IMG/VR virus record: IMGVR_UViG_3300010052_000178
Coordinates: 1-45,538 of that record
DNA: 45,538 bases
Direction: 5' to 3' (one strand)
Origin: a virus
Lineage: Duplodnaviria > Caudoviricetes
Under the pieces are notes generated by a model. That model saw only the letters and a list, made by a program, of their open reading frames with translations. It was not told where the DNA came from and ran no database searches. Below, piece by piece: positions 1-8,852 of the stretch; position 1 is the first letter of the stretch, and every line of letters starts with the position of its first letter. The position numbers and the translations under genes were made by a program.

Positions 1-381
1 CCGGCGTCGCGCATTGATCCGAATGCCGATGCTCTCTTTGAGGATAAATTTGTCCTAGCGAGCAGACGCAAATTTGAATGAACGGCGTGCGGGTGTTTTT
101 CGATGGTTCACTCCTCGAAAGCGCCCGCACTTCTTTGGTTAATCGTGTGCGTATTTTCTACGCAGTGCGCTGCCTCAGCGATGCTCGGATGCGCCGATTT
201 TTAAGGCCTAAAGGGGCGTTTTGCCCCTTGACGCGCCCTGTCATTAGGGGCTTTTGTGCGGCCACTATCGCCGATGCAACGGTCTCCAAAAGTAAGAATT
301 GAACCGCATCGGTGTGCGCCAGCGGCGCGAGATCCAGAGACCAAGCCAATCCAAATTTATTCCAGTCACGAGGACGGAAAA

Positions 382-654
382 ATGAGCAAGAAAGATTTGA
401 TCGACGCCGTTGCCAAGGAAACCGAGCTGACCAAGGAGAAGGCTGGGACGGCAGTCGATGCAGTGCTCGCGCACATCAGGAACTCGCTCAAGAACGACGA
501 GGAAGTGCGCATTCCCGATTTCGGCACGTTCAAGGTGACCAAGCGCAAGGCGCGCGAGGGCCGCAACCCCGCGACTGGCGCCACGATCAAGATTCCCGCT
601 TCGCGCGTTCCGAAGTTCAGCCCCTCGAAGGGCCTCAAGGACGCGCTGAACTAA
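382..654 (+). CDS. hupB: HU family DNA-binding protein (host)
   Basis: MSKKDLIDAVA...FGTFKVTKRKAREGRNPATGATIKIPASRVPKFSPSKGLKDALN is the HU/IHF signature. ATG at 382 follows AGGACGGAAAA. Confidence 0.95.
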   Translation: MSKKDLIDAVAKETELTKEKAGTAVDAVLAHIRNSLKNDEEVRIPDFGTFKVTKRKAREGRNPATGATIKIPASRVPKFSPSKGLKDALN

Positions 655-675
655 GCGCGTTCGAACCGGTTTGAG

Positions 676-713
676 GAAGCGCGTCGCGGTCGGTCTGCGG
701 CGCGCTTTTCATT
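676..713 (+). terminator. Rho-independent terminator after HU
   Basis: GC-rich hairpin AAGCGCGTCGCGG...CTGCGGCGCGCTT followed by TTCATTT. Confidence 0.75.
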
Positions 714-769
714 TGCGGCAGCAGACAACGGCAGCAGGCGGCAATTCGAGCTTGCGGACCGATTGGCGA

Positions 770-798
770 TTGCCGATTGCGTCGCGTGCCGTTATGGA
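770..798 (+). promoter_or_regulatory. Putative sigma70 promoter for the tRNA locus
   Basis: TTGCCG-N17-TATGGA, ending 9 nt before the tRNA 5' fragment at 808. Confidence 0.4.
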
Positions 799-807
799 AT
801 GCGTGTC

Positions 808-834
808 GGGCGGTTAGCTCAGTGGTAGAGCGCT
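808..834 (+). repeat. Exact copy of the first 27 nt of tRNA-Val
   Basis: GGGCGGTTAGCTCAGTGGTAGAGCGCT is identical to 956-982 and then diverges. Confidence 0.9.
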
Positions 835-955
835 GATCTTTTATCGCTCACGCGCGCTGATCCGTTCGCTTTCGCGACCGGGCGCGCTCCGCGGGGGCGG
901 CGCTTGCGCCGAGCCGCCTTGCGGCCAAGGCCCTTGGCCTGTAGGAGATGAGTTG

Positions 956-1030
<75 letters not shown>

Positions 1031-1087
1031 TATTAATCAATAACTTACCATGATTTTACGATGCGCTCCTAGGTCTGACGCGACTTT

Positions 1088-1552
1088 TTACGTTGATTTG
1101 CGATGTTCAGAAAGCTGTTTCGCGCGGTAGGCGCGCATGGCGCTCCGGTGCCTTTCGTCCCCCTCTCGCGTTCGGTTCGCGCGCTGCTCTTTAGCAGTGG
1201 CCCAGCGGCAGTTGTCGGGAGAGTAGGGGCCGTATGGATCAATCCGATCCAAGGACATCCCCGACGGGCGATCCCCGACGTCCTCGACAAAACTCCAGAA
1301 ATCTCGCCATCGATCACACACTGTGACGCCAAGAGCGCCATAGCGGGCGTAGCAACTGTTGTTCGGATTAGTGCAGCGGTTCACCATGCCACCCCATGCC
1401 CTGTATAGCGGATGGAGGTGCGGTCGCTTCGCAACGCGAGGCTTGCTGCCAAGGGGGTCTCCCACCCGCCGCCATTGCATGTAATGCTTTTGGCACATAC
1501 CGCGCCGGAGATGGCCGACGGCTTCGCATTTTGGGACAGAGCAAGCTTTCAT
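1088..1552 (-). CDS. Phage HNH endonuclease
   Basis: RC.NP..SCYARYGALGVTVCDRW..F..FVEDVGDRPSGMSLDRIDPYGPYSPDNCRWAT motif. N-terminal C..C..C..H motif. Start overlaps the integrase stop. Confidence 0.85.
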   Translation of the reverse strand: MKACSVPKCEAVGHLRRGMCQKHYMQWRRVGDPLGSKPRVAKRPHLHPLYRAWGGMVNRCTNPNNSCYARYGALGVTVCDRWRDFWSFVEDVGDRPSGMSLDRIDPYGPYSPDNCRWATAKEQRANRTREGDERHRSAMRAYRAKQLSEHRKST

Positions 1553-2649
1553 TTCGATTTCCTCGCGGAAAAGTCGACAATCTTGGCTGCGTCAAGCAAC
1601 GCCTTTGCATCTGGATGGCTGTATATTTTCCGAGTTACCGCCTCGGTTTTGTGCCCTAAGAACCGGCTGATCTGTCCCATCGGAATGCCGCCCGATTCCA
1701 TCCAGCTCGCCGCCGTGTGTCGTAGCGTGTGGGGCGTGACATCCGAGTGGAAGACCTTCAGGTCCGGCTTCTCCGGGTGCGGCAGCCATTCGCCTAGCCC
1801 TGCCCGGCGTAGGGCCTCCGTGAAGCCCTTCCTGATGCTCTTCACCGGCTCCCCGTTCCATTCGATCACGTTGTCCGATAGAGCCCCCTTCTGAGCGTCC
1901 AGCAGCGCGACCCGAGCCCAATCGTTCATGGGCACTACCGAGCGACCCTTCCGTACCTTTTTGGTCAGCGGGTTCTGCACCTCCTTCACCTTGAGGTTGA
2001 TCGTGCCCGCGACAAAATCGACTCGATCCCACGTGAGTTCCAGGAGCGCTTCGGTGCGTCCGGCCGTGGCCAGCGCCAGTATGACGAACAGCTTGATGTG
2101 GGGCATCACGCAGCCGTCGAGAAGTTGGCCGACTTCGTCGGCGCTCAGAACGCGGTCTTTCGGCGCTGGCTTCTGAGGCACCCAGATGTCCGGCTTGAAA
2201 GTGATGATGCGCTTCTTGACCGCCCAGTTGCAGCACGAGCGCAGCCGCGTCAGCTCGGTCCAGGCCGTCCCCTGGCTCGCCTTCTGGCACCGCTCCGCAG
2301 TGTAGCGCCGGCACAGATCAGCCGTGATGTCATCGGGAGTCAACCTGCCGAAGGTCGGCTTCAGGGCCTTCCAATTCGCTTCGAACGCCTCGATCAATTT
2401 ACCATCCTTCTCGCGGTCGTCCTGGTAGGCTGTGAATATCTCGTCGAGCGTCTTCCCGGTGGTCGCAGCTAGGAGGGATCGCTTGCGAACGAACGCATCA
2501 AGCGCAGATCGTCCTTCGGCCTCCGTCTCGACTCCGAGCCGGAATCTGTGCTTGACCCCGGCTTTGTCGCGCCACGTGACGACGGCTTCCCCGAGGAGCC
2601 TCCCGAGCCTGTAGGGTCCGTTGCTGTACTTGCGCCAGTGCTTTCCCAC
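1549..2649 (-). CDS. int: Tyrosine recombinase / phage integrase
   Basis: Catalytic R (TAGRTEALLEL), HTLRHT, LGH and Y (TRKIY). GTG start with GGAGG RBS. Confidence 0.95.
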   Translation of the reverse strand: MGKHWRKYSNGPYRLGRLLGEAVVTWRDKAGVKHRFRLGVETEAEGRSALDAFVRKRSLLAATTGKTLDEIFTAYQDDREKDGKLIEAFEANWKALKPTFGRLTPDDITADLCRRYTAERCQKASQGTAWTELTRLRSCCNWAVKKRIITFKPDIWVPQKPAPKDRVLSADEVGQLLDGCVMPHIKLFVILALATAGRTEALLELTWDRVDFVAGTINLKVKEVQNPLTKKVRKGRSVVPMNDWARVALLDAQKGALSDNVIEWNGEPVKSIRKGFTEALRRAGLGEWLPHPEKPDLKVFHSDVTPHTLRHTAASWMESGGIPMGQISRFLGHKTEAVTRKIYSHPDAKALLDAAKIVDFSARKSK

Positions 2650-2798
2650 CGCTCTACCTCCCCTGATGAGATTCGCAGCAGCTTGCCGCCGACGCGGAAC
2701 GCCTGCAAACGCCCGGCGCGGATCTGTTCATAAACATGCTCCCTGGAGCACTGCCAGCGCGAGGCCAGTTCCGGGACTGTGAACGGTCTCTCCATCAC
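2469..2798 (-). CDS. xis: Excisionase-like helix-turn-helix protein
   Basis: FTVPELASRWQCSREHVYEQIRAGRLQAFRVGGKLLRI is typical of the excisionase HTH. Lies directly upstream of, and overlaps, int. Confidence 0.8.
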   Translation of the reverse strand: MMERPFTVPELASRWQCSREHVYEQIRAGRLQAFRVGGKLLRISSGEVERWESTGASTATDPTGSGGSSGKPSSRGATKPGSSTDSGSESRRRPKDDLRLMRSFASDPS

Positions 2799-2819
2799 GT
2801 CTCTCCTGATCTCATAGGA

Positions 2820-3074
2820 CTAGGCCTCCTGTTTCCCTAGGGCTCGGATGGATTGGGCGATCTGCGCCTTGATTTGACGGTCCATTCGGTCATCGTCTTT
2901 GTGAGGTCCACAAAGCTTCGCTGCTCGCTCATAAGCTGCTTGCTCTGCTTCACGGATGGCTTCGCGAATAGCTTTGGCTGTGGCTTCAATCAGCAGATCA
3001 GCTTCGCTTTCCGAGAGCTGGACATGGATAAAAATGCCAGCAATGCCACGTGCCCGTTCCTCCGCGGTAGTCAT
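2820..3074 (-). CDS. Hypothetical phage protein
   Basis: ATGA-coupled ORF in the early left operon. Confidence 0.6.
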   Translation of the reverse strand: MTTAEERARGIAGIFIHVQLSESEADLLIEATAKAIREAIREAEQAAYERAAKLCGPHKDDDRMDRQIKAQIAQSIRALGKQEA

Positions 3075-3571
3075 TCCGACGACCTCGCAAATTCACCAAA
3101 CTGGGCCTCTGCGGCACGCCTGTATGTCTCGATTGCTGCTTGCTTGTCAGCAAAATGTCCGAGGTGTGTTTGCTTGCCGTCGATCACAATGCGAGCCTGC
3201 CATTTCTTGTGTGACTTGTGCCAAGTGACCCCTTTCGTGCCGTAAGCGTTGTCCTTTCGAGGCTTCGCATTTCCTTGGTTCTGTGAGGCGGTTGCAACGC
3301 GCAAGTTTGCGAGCCTGTTGTCGCTGGGATCGCCGTTGATATGATCGATCATTGAAGGTGGCCACTCTCCGTGGACGTAGAGCCACGCAAGGCGATGTGC
3401 CCTGTAGTAGCGACCGAAAATTCCGATGCGGACGTAGGCGCTACGTTCGCTATAGCCAGCTGGGTCGCCGGGGCTGATCCATTTCACAGGCGCGACACGC
3501 CACGTGAAAATTCCTGTTTTCGGATCATAGTTCAGCAGTTTGCGAAGACGCTCCGCAGTGAAGTCATTCAT
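3071..3571 (-). CDS. HNH endonuclease with C-terminal AP2-like domain
   Basis: LRKLLNYDPKTGIFTW...AHRLAWLYVHGEWP..IDHINGDPSDNRLANLR...GTKGVTWHK..KKWQARI...HLGHF. Confidence 0.9.
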   Translation of the reverse strand: MNDFTAERLRKLLNYDPKTGIFTWRVAPVKWISPGDPAGYSERSAYVRIGIFGRYYRAHRLAWLYVHGEWPPSMIDHINGDPSDNRLANLRVATASQNQGNAKPRKDNAYGTKGVTWHKSHKKWQARIVIDGKQTHLGHFADKQAAIETYRRAAEAQFGEFARSSE

Positions 3572-3575
3572 GGTC

Positions 3576-3890
3576 TCAGTCCTTCTGTTCTGGAACTGGG
3601 GGAGAAGAGGCGAGGAACGCCTCTGCGAGCGGAGTCCATTTGGCCAGAGCTTGCGCGTAAGCAACTGCCTCGGTCTCGCCTAGCCTCTTCGCGACCTGCA
3701 TGTCGATCTTGAGTATGGGGGCATTGTGCAAAAGCGAGCGTGCCTTCTCCAGCTCAGAGCGGAGACGGGTGATCTCGGCCTTGGCGAGTTGCAGCGTGGC
3801 GATGATGTCTTGCTCCATCTGTTCGCATTCGGCGTCTGCGATGGCAGTGTCTATCTCTTCAAGCGCATCTATTTCCTGCGTGTCACCCAT
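3576..3890 (-). CDS. Hypothetical coiled-coil phage protein
   Basis: ORF within a tightly packed operon. Confidence 0.5.
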   Translation of the reverse strand: MGDTQEIDALEEIDTAIADAECEQMEQDIIATLQLAKAEITRLRSELEKARSLLHNAPILKIDMQVAKRLGETEAVAYAQALAKWTPLAEAFLASSPPVPEQKD

Positions 3891-4200
3891 GGTCACGACC
3901 CTCCGCAACTTTTATCCCAGCCACGGCGGCGTGGAGCACGTTAGACGTAGCTTCCTCGCTTCGGCGAAGTTGCCGGCTGAGATCCATGGTGTAGCCACCT
4001 CGAATGTCTCTGGAGGCGATTTCGAGAGCATCCGCGATTTCAGCCAACTCATCTGCGAGGCTGGTCATTCCGACCCGGTGCAGGCACTTGGCGACGCTCC
4101 GAAGGTCTAGGCTCGCGTGCGTGACGACATGCGTCCCATCGTGGATCATGTCGAGAGGTTCGCGCGTATCGATCGGGGTGGGTGTGTCAGCCATGGTCAC
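3883..4200 (-). CDS. Hypothetical phage protein
   Basis: Overlap-coupled ORF. Confidence 0.55.
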   Translation of the reverse strand: MTMADTPTPIDTREPLDMIHDGTHVVTHASLDLRSVAKCLHRVGMTSLADELAEIADALEIASRDIRGGYTMDLSRQLRRSEEATSNVLHAAVAGIKVAEGRDHG

Positions 4201-4397
4201 TCTCCGCGCTGGAATTTTTCGATGCAGCGGTCCCAGTCATCGGACCACTTCGCGAAGCCCTTCGCCTCGCAGCGTTGACCGAAGGTCGCGCCCGTGGTGT
4301 AGACGAAGAGGACCATGAAGACGGCCATCGCAATGCCCGCGCAGACGCCGGAGATCGCCGCCTGGATGTAGCGCTCGCGGGCGGGTGCCTTAGCCAT
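4197..4397 (-). CDS. Small membrane protein
   Basis: One hydrophobic helix (AISGVCAGIAMAVFMVLFVY) and a Cys pair. GGAGG RBS. Confidence 0.55.
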   Translation of the reverse strand: MAKAPARERYIQAAISGVCAGIAMAVFMVLFVYTTGATFGQRCEAKGFAKWSDDWDRCIEKFQRGE

Positions 4398-4815
4398 CTG
4401 CGGTGCCTCCCGTGTTCGCGATCTCAAGCAACACGTCCGCGTGGCAGGGCTCGCCGGGCTTGCACCAGCAGGCGAGGTTCTTGCCGCGCAGTGGGCGGAG
4501 CCACGAAGTCATCGTCCAGTGATCGCCGGTACGTTCTGCGGCCACATCGAGGATGTCCTCGGTTTCAATAGAGCGCCGAAATGCGTCAACCGAGCATTCC
4601 GCAGCGCGCCGCTTGGCACGTTTGATGGCCGCGCGCTCATTGGCAGCGTTCATATGTTCGATCGGCTCGCCCGTTGCGTCATGGGCTGGGAGGTATGGTT
4701 TGAAAGTGTACGGATTGCCCCATGCCGTCGACCGGTCGACCTTCACCGTGTTCGGCGGCATGCGCCATCCTTTGGCGCGAGAGAGCGTGATCCGTTTGGG
4801 CGTCTCACTCTGCAT
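4390..4815 (-). CDS. DUF4326 domain protein
   Basis: VDRSTAWGNPY...LRGKNLACWCKPGEPCHADVLLEIAN. Confidence 0.85.
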   Translation of the reverse strand: MQSETPKRITLSRAKGWRMPPNTVKVDRSTAWGNPYTFKPYLPAHDATGEPIEHMNAANERAAIKRAKRRAAECSVDAFRRSIETEDILDVAAERTGDHWTMTSWLRPLRGKNLACWCKPGEPCHADVLLEIANTGGTADG

Positions 4816-5107
4816 CTGCGGTGCCCTCCGGAATCCGACCTTGTTCAAGGGCCGACAACTTGGCGGGAGTCGTTCCGGCAAGGTGGGCTGCTTCGCGTAA
4901 TGTGAGACCGTTGCCGATCCTCTCTAGCCGCATCCGCTGTCCTTCAGTGATGCGCTCGGCGTGCTCGTCGGTGATCTCGCCCGTGCCGGCACAGGTGCTA
5001 CATTTGCGCGGGCCGTTATCGTGGATCGGCGATCCATCGGCGCGATGACCGTCTGCAAAGACGAACACGATTTTCTCGCCGTCGCAGGTCGGGCAGGTCC
5101 TAGCCAC
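4805..5107 (-). CDS. DnaJ-type zinc finger plus HTH protein
   Basis: CPTCDGEK and CSTCAGTG, then LTLREAAHLAGTTPAKLSALEQG. Confidence 0.7.
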   Translation of the reverse strand: MARTCPTCDGEKIVFVFADGHRADGSPIHDNGPRKCSTCAGTGEITDEHAERITEGQRMRLERIGNGLTLREAAHLAGTTPAKLSALEQGRIPEGTADAE

Positions 5108-5621
5108 GATCGGTGCCCTCCGGTGAGAGGGGACGCCAGATGACGATCACGCTCGCAAAAAAGCCTGAAGCGCGATATTCGCCATCAGTGATGAAGCGCA
5201 CGCGGCCACGGATGTAGCGAACCTCAGCGTGTCCGACGACATCCTCATGCCACCACTTCAGATCTGTCGATGCAGGCAAAAGCCCAACAACAAGCGCGCC
5301 ATTCGCCGCTTCAAGTCGCGCCTTTCGGGTCCATGGATAGACTTCTTTCCCATATGGCGGGTTCATAAATACGCGGTGCCCGGCCCAGCTTTGCGCGAGG
5401 CCGTTCTGCTCTTCAGTGAAGAACGTCGAACACTTTGCGCTCTGAGGTGTCGCGCACGGGTCGAGCGTAAATTTGAATTCTTCGTTGAGAGGATCGAAGA
5501 TTTCGGGCGGTGTCGCCCAGTGGCGGCCGTTTCCATTGTAGCGGCCGTTGTTCTTTGCCTTCATCCCGCCGAGCACAGCGGGGTTGTCGGAAGCTCCGAT
5601 GGTCCTGCGATCGGCCATCAC
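5100..5621 (-). CDS. Phage DNA N6-adenine methyltransferase (Dam-type)
   Basis: WATPPEIFDPL..EFKFTLDPCA...NGLAQSW...VFMNPPYG...LLPASTD.KWW. Confidence 0.9.
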   Translation of the reverse strand: MMADRRTIGASDNPAVLGGMKAKNNGRYNGNGRHWATPPEIFDPLNEEFKFTLDPCATPQSAKCSTFFTEEQNGLAQSWAGHRVFMNPPYGKEVYPWTRKARLEAANGALVVGLLPASTDLKWWHEDVVGHAEVRYIRGRVRFITDGEYRASGFFASVIVIWRPLSPEGTDRG

Positions 5622-5890
5622 CGTCCCCCTTCCTGAGTAGAGAGACGGTCGGCGCTGTCGTCTGGAACGCTTGGAGTTCCGACGTTACAATTGAGCTGGA
5701 AGACAAAGGGGCCGAAGTTCAACGTCCCGACCCATGCGTAAGCGTCTGACCACGACATGACGCCGAACGCCCAATCTATCGGCCAAATCGCGATAGAGAC
5801 GCCAGTGTTTCGGCATTTACGCCATTGCCATTTCGGCTCTGGTTGCCACGCGTCGTCGTCGAAAGGTTTAAGATCCTGAGGCATCATCAC
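5618..5890 (-). CDS. Hypothetical Trp-rich phage protein
   Basis: Overlap-coupled ORF with RBS. Confidence 0.5.
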   Translation of the reverse strand: MMMPQDLKPFDDDAWQPEPKWQWRKCRNTGVSIAIWPIDWAFGVMSWSDAYAWVGTLNFGPFVFQLNCNVGTPSVPDDSADRLSTQEGGR

Positions 5891-6327
5891 CCCTGTCCTC
5901 CTTCAGTGCGGGCGAGGCGGATCTCTTCAGCCAATTCTTCGAGCGTGGAGACATACTCCTCGCCGGAGCGAGAGAACTCGGTTGCGCCGGTCTCTGGATC
6001 GAATGACCCGTGTTCGGAGGTGTAGTCGGCTAGCTTGCGGTCGATCAGCTTGGCTGCGTGTTCAATCCCGCTTGAAAACGCCGTCTGAAGATCGGCCTTC
6101 AGCTTGGCCACGCCGTCTGAAATCGCGATAGCCGCTTGCGCGTCGGCAATGACTCCCGGGTTGGACATCATGCTATGCTCGGAAAACTCAGAGAGGAGAA
6201 TGAACTTCAACTCGTCGGCGGTCACGAGCATGGCGTCGGGCCAATAGTCGGGGCTGCTTCTGTCAGGCAACTCCGCAACGCGCTTGATGATGTTGCCCGC
6301 GATATCGGTTGCGCTGATTGTCGTCAT
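5887..6327 (-). CDS. Hypothetical phage protein
   Basis: Overlap-coupled ORF with GGAGG RBS. Confidence 0.6.
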   Translation of the reverse strand: MTTISATDIAGNIIKRVAELPDRSSPDYWPDAMLVTADELKFILLSEFSEHSMMSNPGVIADAQAAIAISDGVAKLKADLQTAFSSGIEHAAKLIDRKLADYTSEHGSFDPETGATEFSRSGEEYVSTLEELAEEIRLARTEGGQG

Positions 6328-6695
6328 CCCCCGCCTCCGTCTTGCTGGTCACGGGCGGACAAAGCGCGGAGGAGGGCGCGTGTGGCTTGATCAAGCACGG
6401 CGCGTTCGTCGGGATGTGGCTCAATGCCCAGCTCGTTGATTGCGCCTTCGGCGAGAGCAACCCACCGCGCCAGCGCCTCGAACATCTCAGGGGCGGCAGC
6501 GATGAGGCTAGCATCTGATTTGATGGTGTCCCACGCACCAAACGAGTCTCCCGGCGTCGCCAAGAAGCAGATACGCCAGTTGCCATCAGGTTCAGTGCAG
6601 ATGACGAGAGAGTTGCCGTCACCGTATGGCACGATGTGCCAAGGCCCCTTCGTAAAGCCCGCGCGCTCGATCAGCTTTGAGAGGTCACCCTGCAT
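6324..6695 (-). CDS. Hypothetical phage protein
   Basis: FTKGPW...DASLIAAAPEMFEAL is a motif frequent in phage early genes. Confidence 0.7.
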   Translation of the reverse strand: MQGDLSKLIERAGFTKGPWHIVPYGDGNSLVICTEPDGNWRICFLATPGDSFGAWDTIKSDASLIAAAPEMFEALARWVALAEGAINELGIEPHPDERAVLDQATRALLRALSARDQQDGGGG

Positions 6696-6972
6696 CGCGC
6701 TCTCCGTCGTTGCGGGCGGCTAGCGCGAGTGACGCCGCTTCGAGTGCGTACCGCTCAGCGTCGGAGTTTGGCCACTTCGCCTGATTGATGAGGGTGAGCG
6801 CCTGCTCGATCCTCTGCTTGGCTTCGTGCAGGCTTAAGCGCGCCATATACGGGTCTGACAGTATCCCCCAGCCGTTGACTGATGTGCAGGAGGTTCGGTT
6901 CAGTGCGCGCGAAGCTTCGTTGATCGCGTCCAAGACGCGATCTGTGCGTTTCGAAAGATCATTGATGATCAC
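6685..6972 (-). CDS. Hypothetical phage protein
   Basis: GTG start coupled to the upstream stop. Confidence 0.5.
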   Translation of the reverse strand: MIINDLSKRTDRVLDAINEASRALNRTSCTSVNGWGILSDPYMARLSLHEAKQRIEQALTLINQAKWPNSDAERYALEAASLALAARNDGERDAG

Positions 6973-7193
6973 CGCTTGCCCTCCAGCTTGTCTTCCAGCT
7001 CGCGCACGCGACGCAGCGCGCAGTCGTGATCGCACGTCTCCACCGTGCCCGCTGATACCGGCGCCTGTGGCCGCAGATGCGGATATGCGCCGTAATATAG
7101 TTCCCGCAGCAGCACGCTGACGCTGACGAGCGTGACGACAGCTATGATAGCCATGGCCGTGAGCAGGCGCCTGTTGGCGTTGTCATCGATCAT
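6969..7193 (-). CDS. Small membrane protein
   Basis: N-terminal hydrophobic helix; coupled ORF. Confidence 0.5.
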   Translation of the reverse strand: MIDDNANRRLLTAMAIIAVVTLVSVSVLLRELYYGAYPHLRPQAPVSAGTVETCDHDCALRRVRELEDKLEGKR

Positions 7194-7531
7194 TGGGGAG
7201 TCTCGTCTTTGGAGGTAGGGGAAAGTGCGGCGTTCTCACGATGCATCTCCACAATGCATGGTGCAGGGCGATGCTCGTCGATCCAGTCCCAATCGTGAGT
7301 GCGTCCCTGATCCCCGGACAAGTCAGTCACGCCGACGAAATCTTCGCGAAGGTCGCCGTACCACTTCTCCCAGTCAGCCAGTTCGCCCTGTTGGCGTTCC
7401 AAAGCCTCTCTCATCACCTTGTTCTGGGAACGGAGGGAGGTGATCTCGTCCGCCATGTCCTTCATCGCCTCATCCAAATGAGCCACCTTCGAGCGGGCAC
7501 GCTCGATCACGTCATCCTGTGTATCTGTCAT
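7190..7531 (-). CDS. Hypothetical coiled-coil phage protein
   Basis: ATGA-coupled ORF. Confidence 0.55.
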   Translation of the reverse strand: MTDTQDDVIERARSKVAHLDEAMKDMADEITSLRSQNKVMREALERQQGELADWEKWYGDLREDFVGVTDLSGDQGRTHDWDWIDEHRPAPCIVEMHRENAALSPTSKDETPQ

Positions 7532-8280
7532 GGCGTGGCCTCGACAGCCGTAGCTTCCGCTTCGGCCAAGCGCTTCATGTCGTCGAGTGCGGCGTCGTTC
7601 CCGCAATAGAAATCCGGGACCTTCTCAAGCGTCGGATCGCTGGCCATGTAGATGACGGCCGCTGCCGCAGGAGTGCCCATGACGTACTCAAGTGCGCGCC
7701 CGCCATCACCCGCCAAATGAATGACCCAGCCTGCTCGGCAATGCGTCGTGCCGCAGGCGTCTGTGGCATGCCAAGAGGCCATGTCTAGAGCATTAGGGAG
7801 TGATGCAGCGGCGTAGACCTTCTGGTGAATATTCGCGATCTTTACCGGGCAATCGCTCAGGTCCGCACCGCGCAGGACCGCACCGCGCAGGACCGCATCG
7901 CGCAGGACCGCACCGCGCAGGTCCGCATCGCGCAGGACCGCATCGCTCAGGACCGCACCGCGCAGGTCCGCATCGCGCAGGTCCGCATCGCTCAGGTCCG
8001 CACCGCGCAGGTCCGCATCGCTCAGGACCGCATCGCGCAGGTCCGCACCGCGCAGGTCCGCATCGCGCAGGACCGCATCGCGCAGGTCCGCATCGCGCAG
8101 GACCGCATCGCGCAGGACCGCATCGCTCAGGACCGCACCGCGCAGGTCCGCATCGCTCTTAATGGCTGCCCTTATCGCGAGGCCAAGCTTGACACCTTCA
8201 TAGGTATCGGCGCTGCATTCGATCTCGGTCTCAAAAATGACCTTGCTGCTATCCCAGCGTGATTTGATCTGAAACTTCAT
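7528..8280 (-). CDS. Pentapeptide repeat protein
   Basis: About 20 A(D/V)L(R/S)(D/G) repeats. C-terminal WH...CGTTHCRAGW motif. Confidence 0.92.
   Translation of the reverse strand: MKFQIKSRWDSSKVIFETEIECSADTYEGVKLGLAIRAAIKSDADLRGAVLSDAVLRDAVLRDADLRDAVLRDADLRGADLRDAVLSDADLRGADLSDADLRDADLRGAVLSDAVLRDADLRGAVLRDAVLRGAVLRGADLSDCPVKIANIHQKVYAAASLPNALDMASWHATDACGTTHCRAGWVIHLAGDGGRALEYVMGTPAAAAVIYMASDPTLEKVPDFYCGNDAALDDMKRLAEAEATAVEATP
7856..8157. repeat. 15-bp tandem repeat array encoding the pentapeptides
   Basis: Units G(C/T)CAGG(A/T)CCGCA(T/C)C-like, about 20 copies. Confidence 0.9.
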
Positions 8281-8351
8281 CCCCGTCGTTCTCCTGTAAG
8301 AGCTGAAACGCTCTAGTCGTGCTTTACCTGCTATGCGCTGGCGAACGGGGA

Positions 8352-8540
8352 TCATGTCCACCCCCCGAACACGTATCGCTTCGCCTCATCAGGCGAGAGC
8401 TTGAACTTCACAATGAGATCATCGAACCCCAAGCCGTGTTTCACCGCGTACCGGATGAGTGCCACTCGGGTTTCGCGCTCCAAGGTCGCCTGCTGCCGCT
8501 CGCGCCGTGTGGACAGCCGGACGTGCGTCGTCGTTTCCAT
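8352..8540 (-). CDS. Hypothetical small protein
   Basis: 62-aa ORF on the operon strand. Confidence 0.5.
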   Translation of the reverse strand: METTTHVRLSTRRERQQATLERETRVALIRYAVKHGLGFDDLIVKFKLSPDEAKRYVFGGWT

Positions 8541-8618
8541 TTGAACCCCCGCAGAATGGACAGCAGTCGTGAAAGTCCGCGTCGAAGGGAAAGCCGCAGC
8601 AACGAAGCAGGCTCATGG

Positions 8619-8852
8619 TCAGTCCTCGAATTCGTAGTCGTTGATGGCCTTGGCGCGCTCGTTGAGGAGCTTCACCGCGTGCTCAAGGACGCGGCTCTGG
8701 GCGTCGGACGAGAGCGGCATCAGGGCCTCGTAGACAATGTCGAGCGCGATGATCTCCGCCTTGCCGTCAGGAATGACGATCCGCTTCTTCCTCATGAAGC
8801 GCGGGGCCCATCCGCCTTTGACGACGTTGTTGGCGCGTTCGGTGCTGCTCAT
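8619..8852 (-). CDS. Hypothetical small protein
   Basis: Coupled to the ERF stop codon. Confidence 0.55.
   Translation of the reverse strand: MSSTERANNVVKGGWAPRFMRKKRIVIPDGKAEIIALDIVYEALMPLSSDAQSRVLEHAVKLLNERAKAINDYEFED

Noticed and set aside
7800-8262. Plus-strand repeat ORFs (GPHRA and AQDRI repeats)
   Set aside because: These are alternative frames of the pentapeptide repeat.
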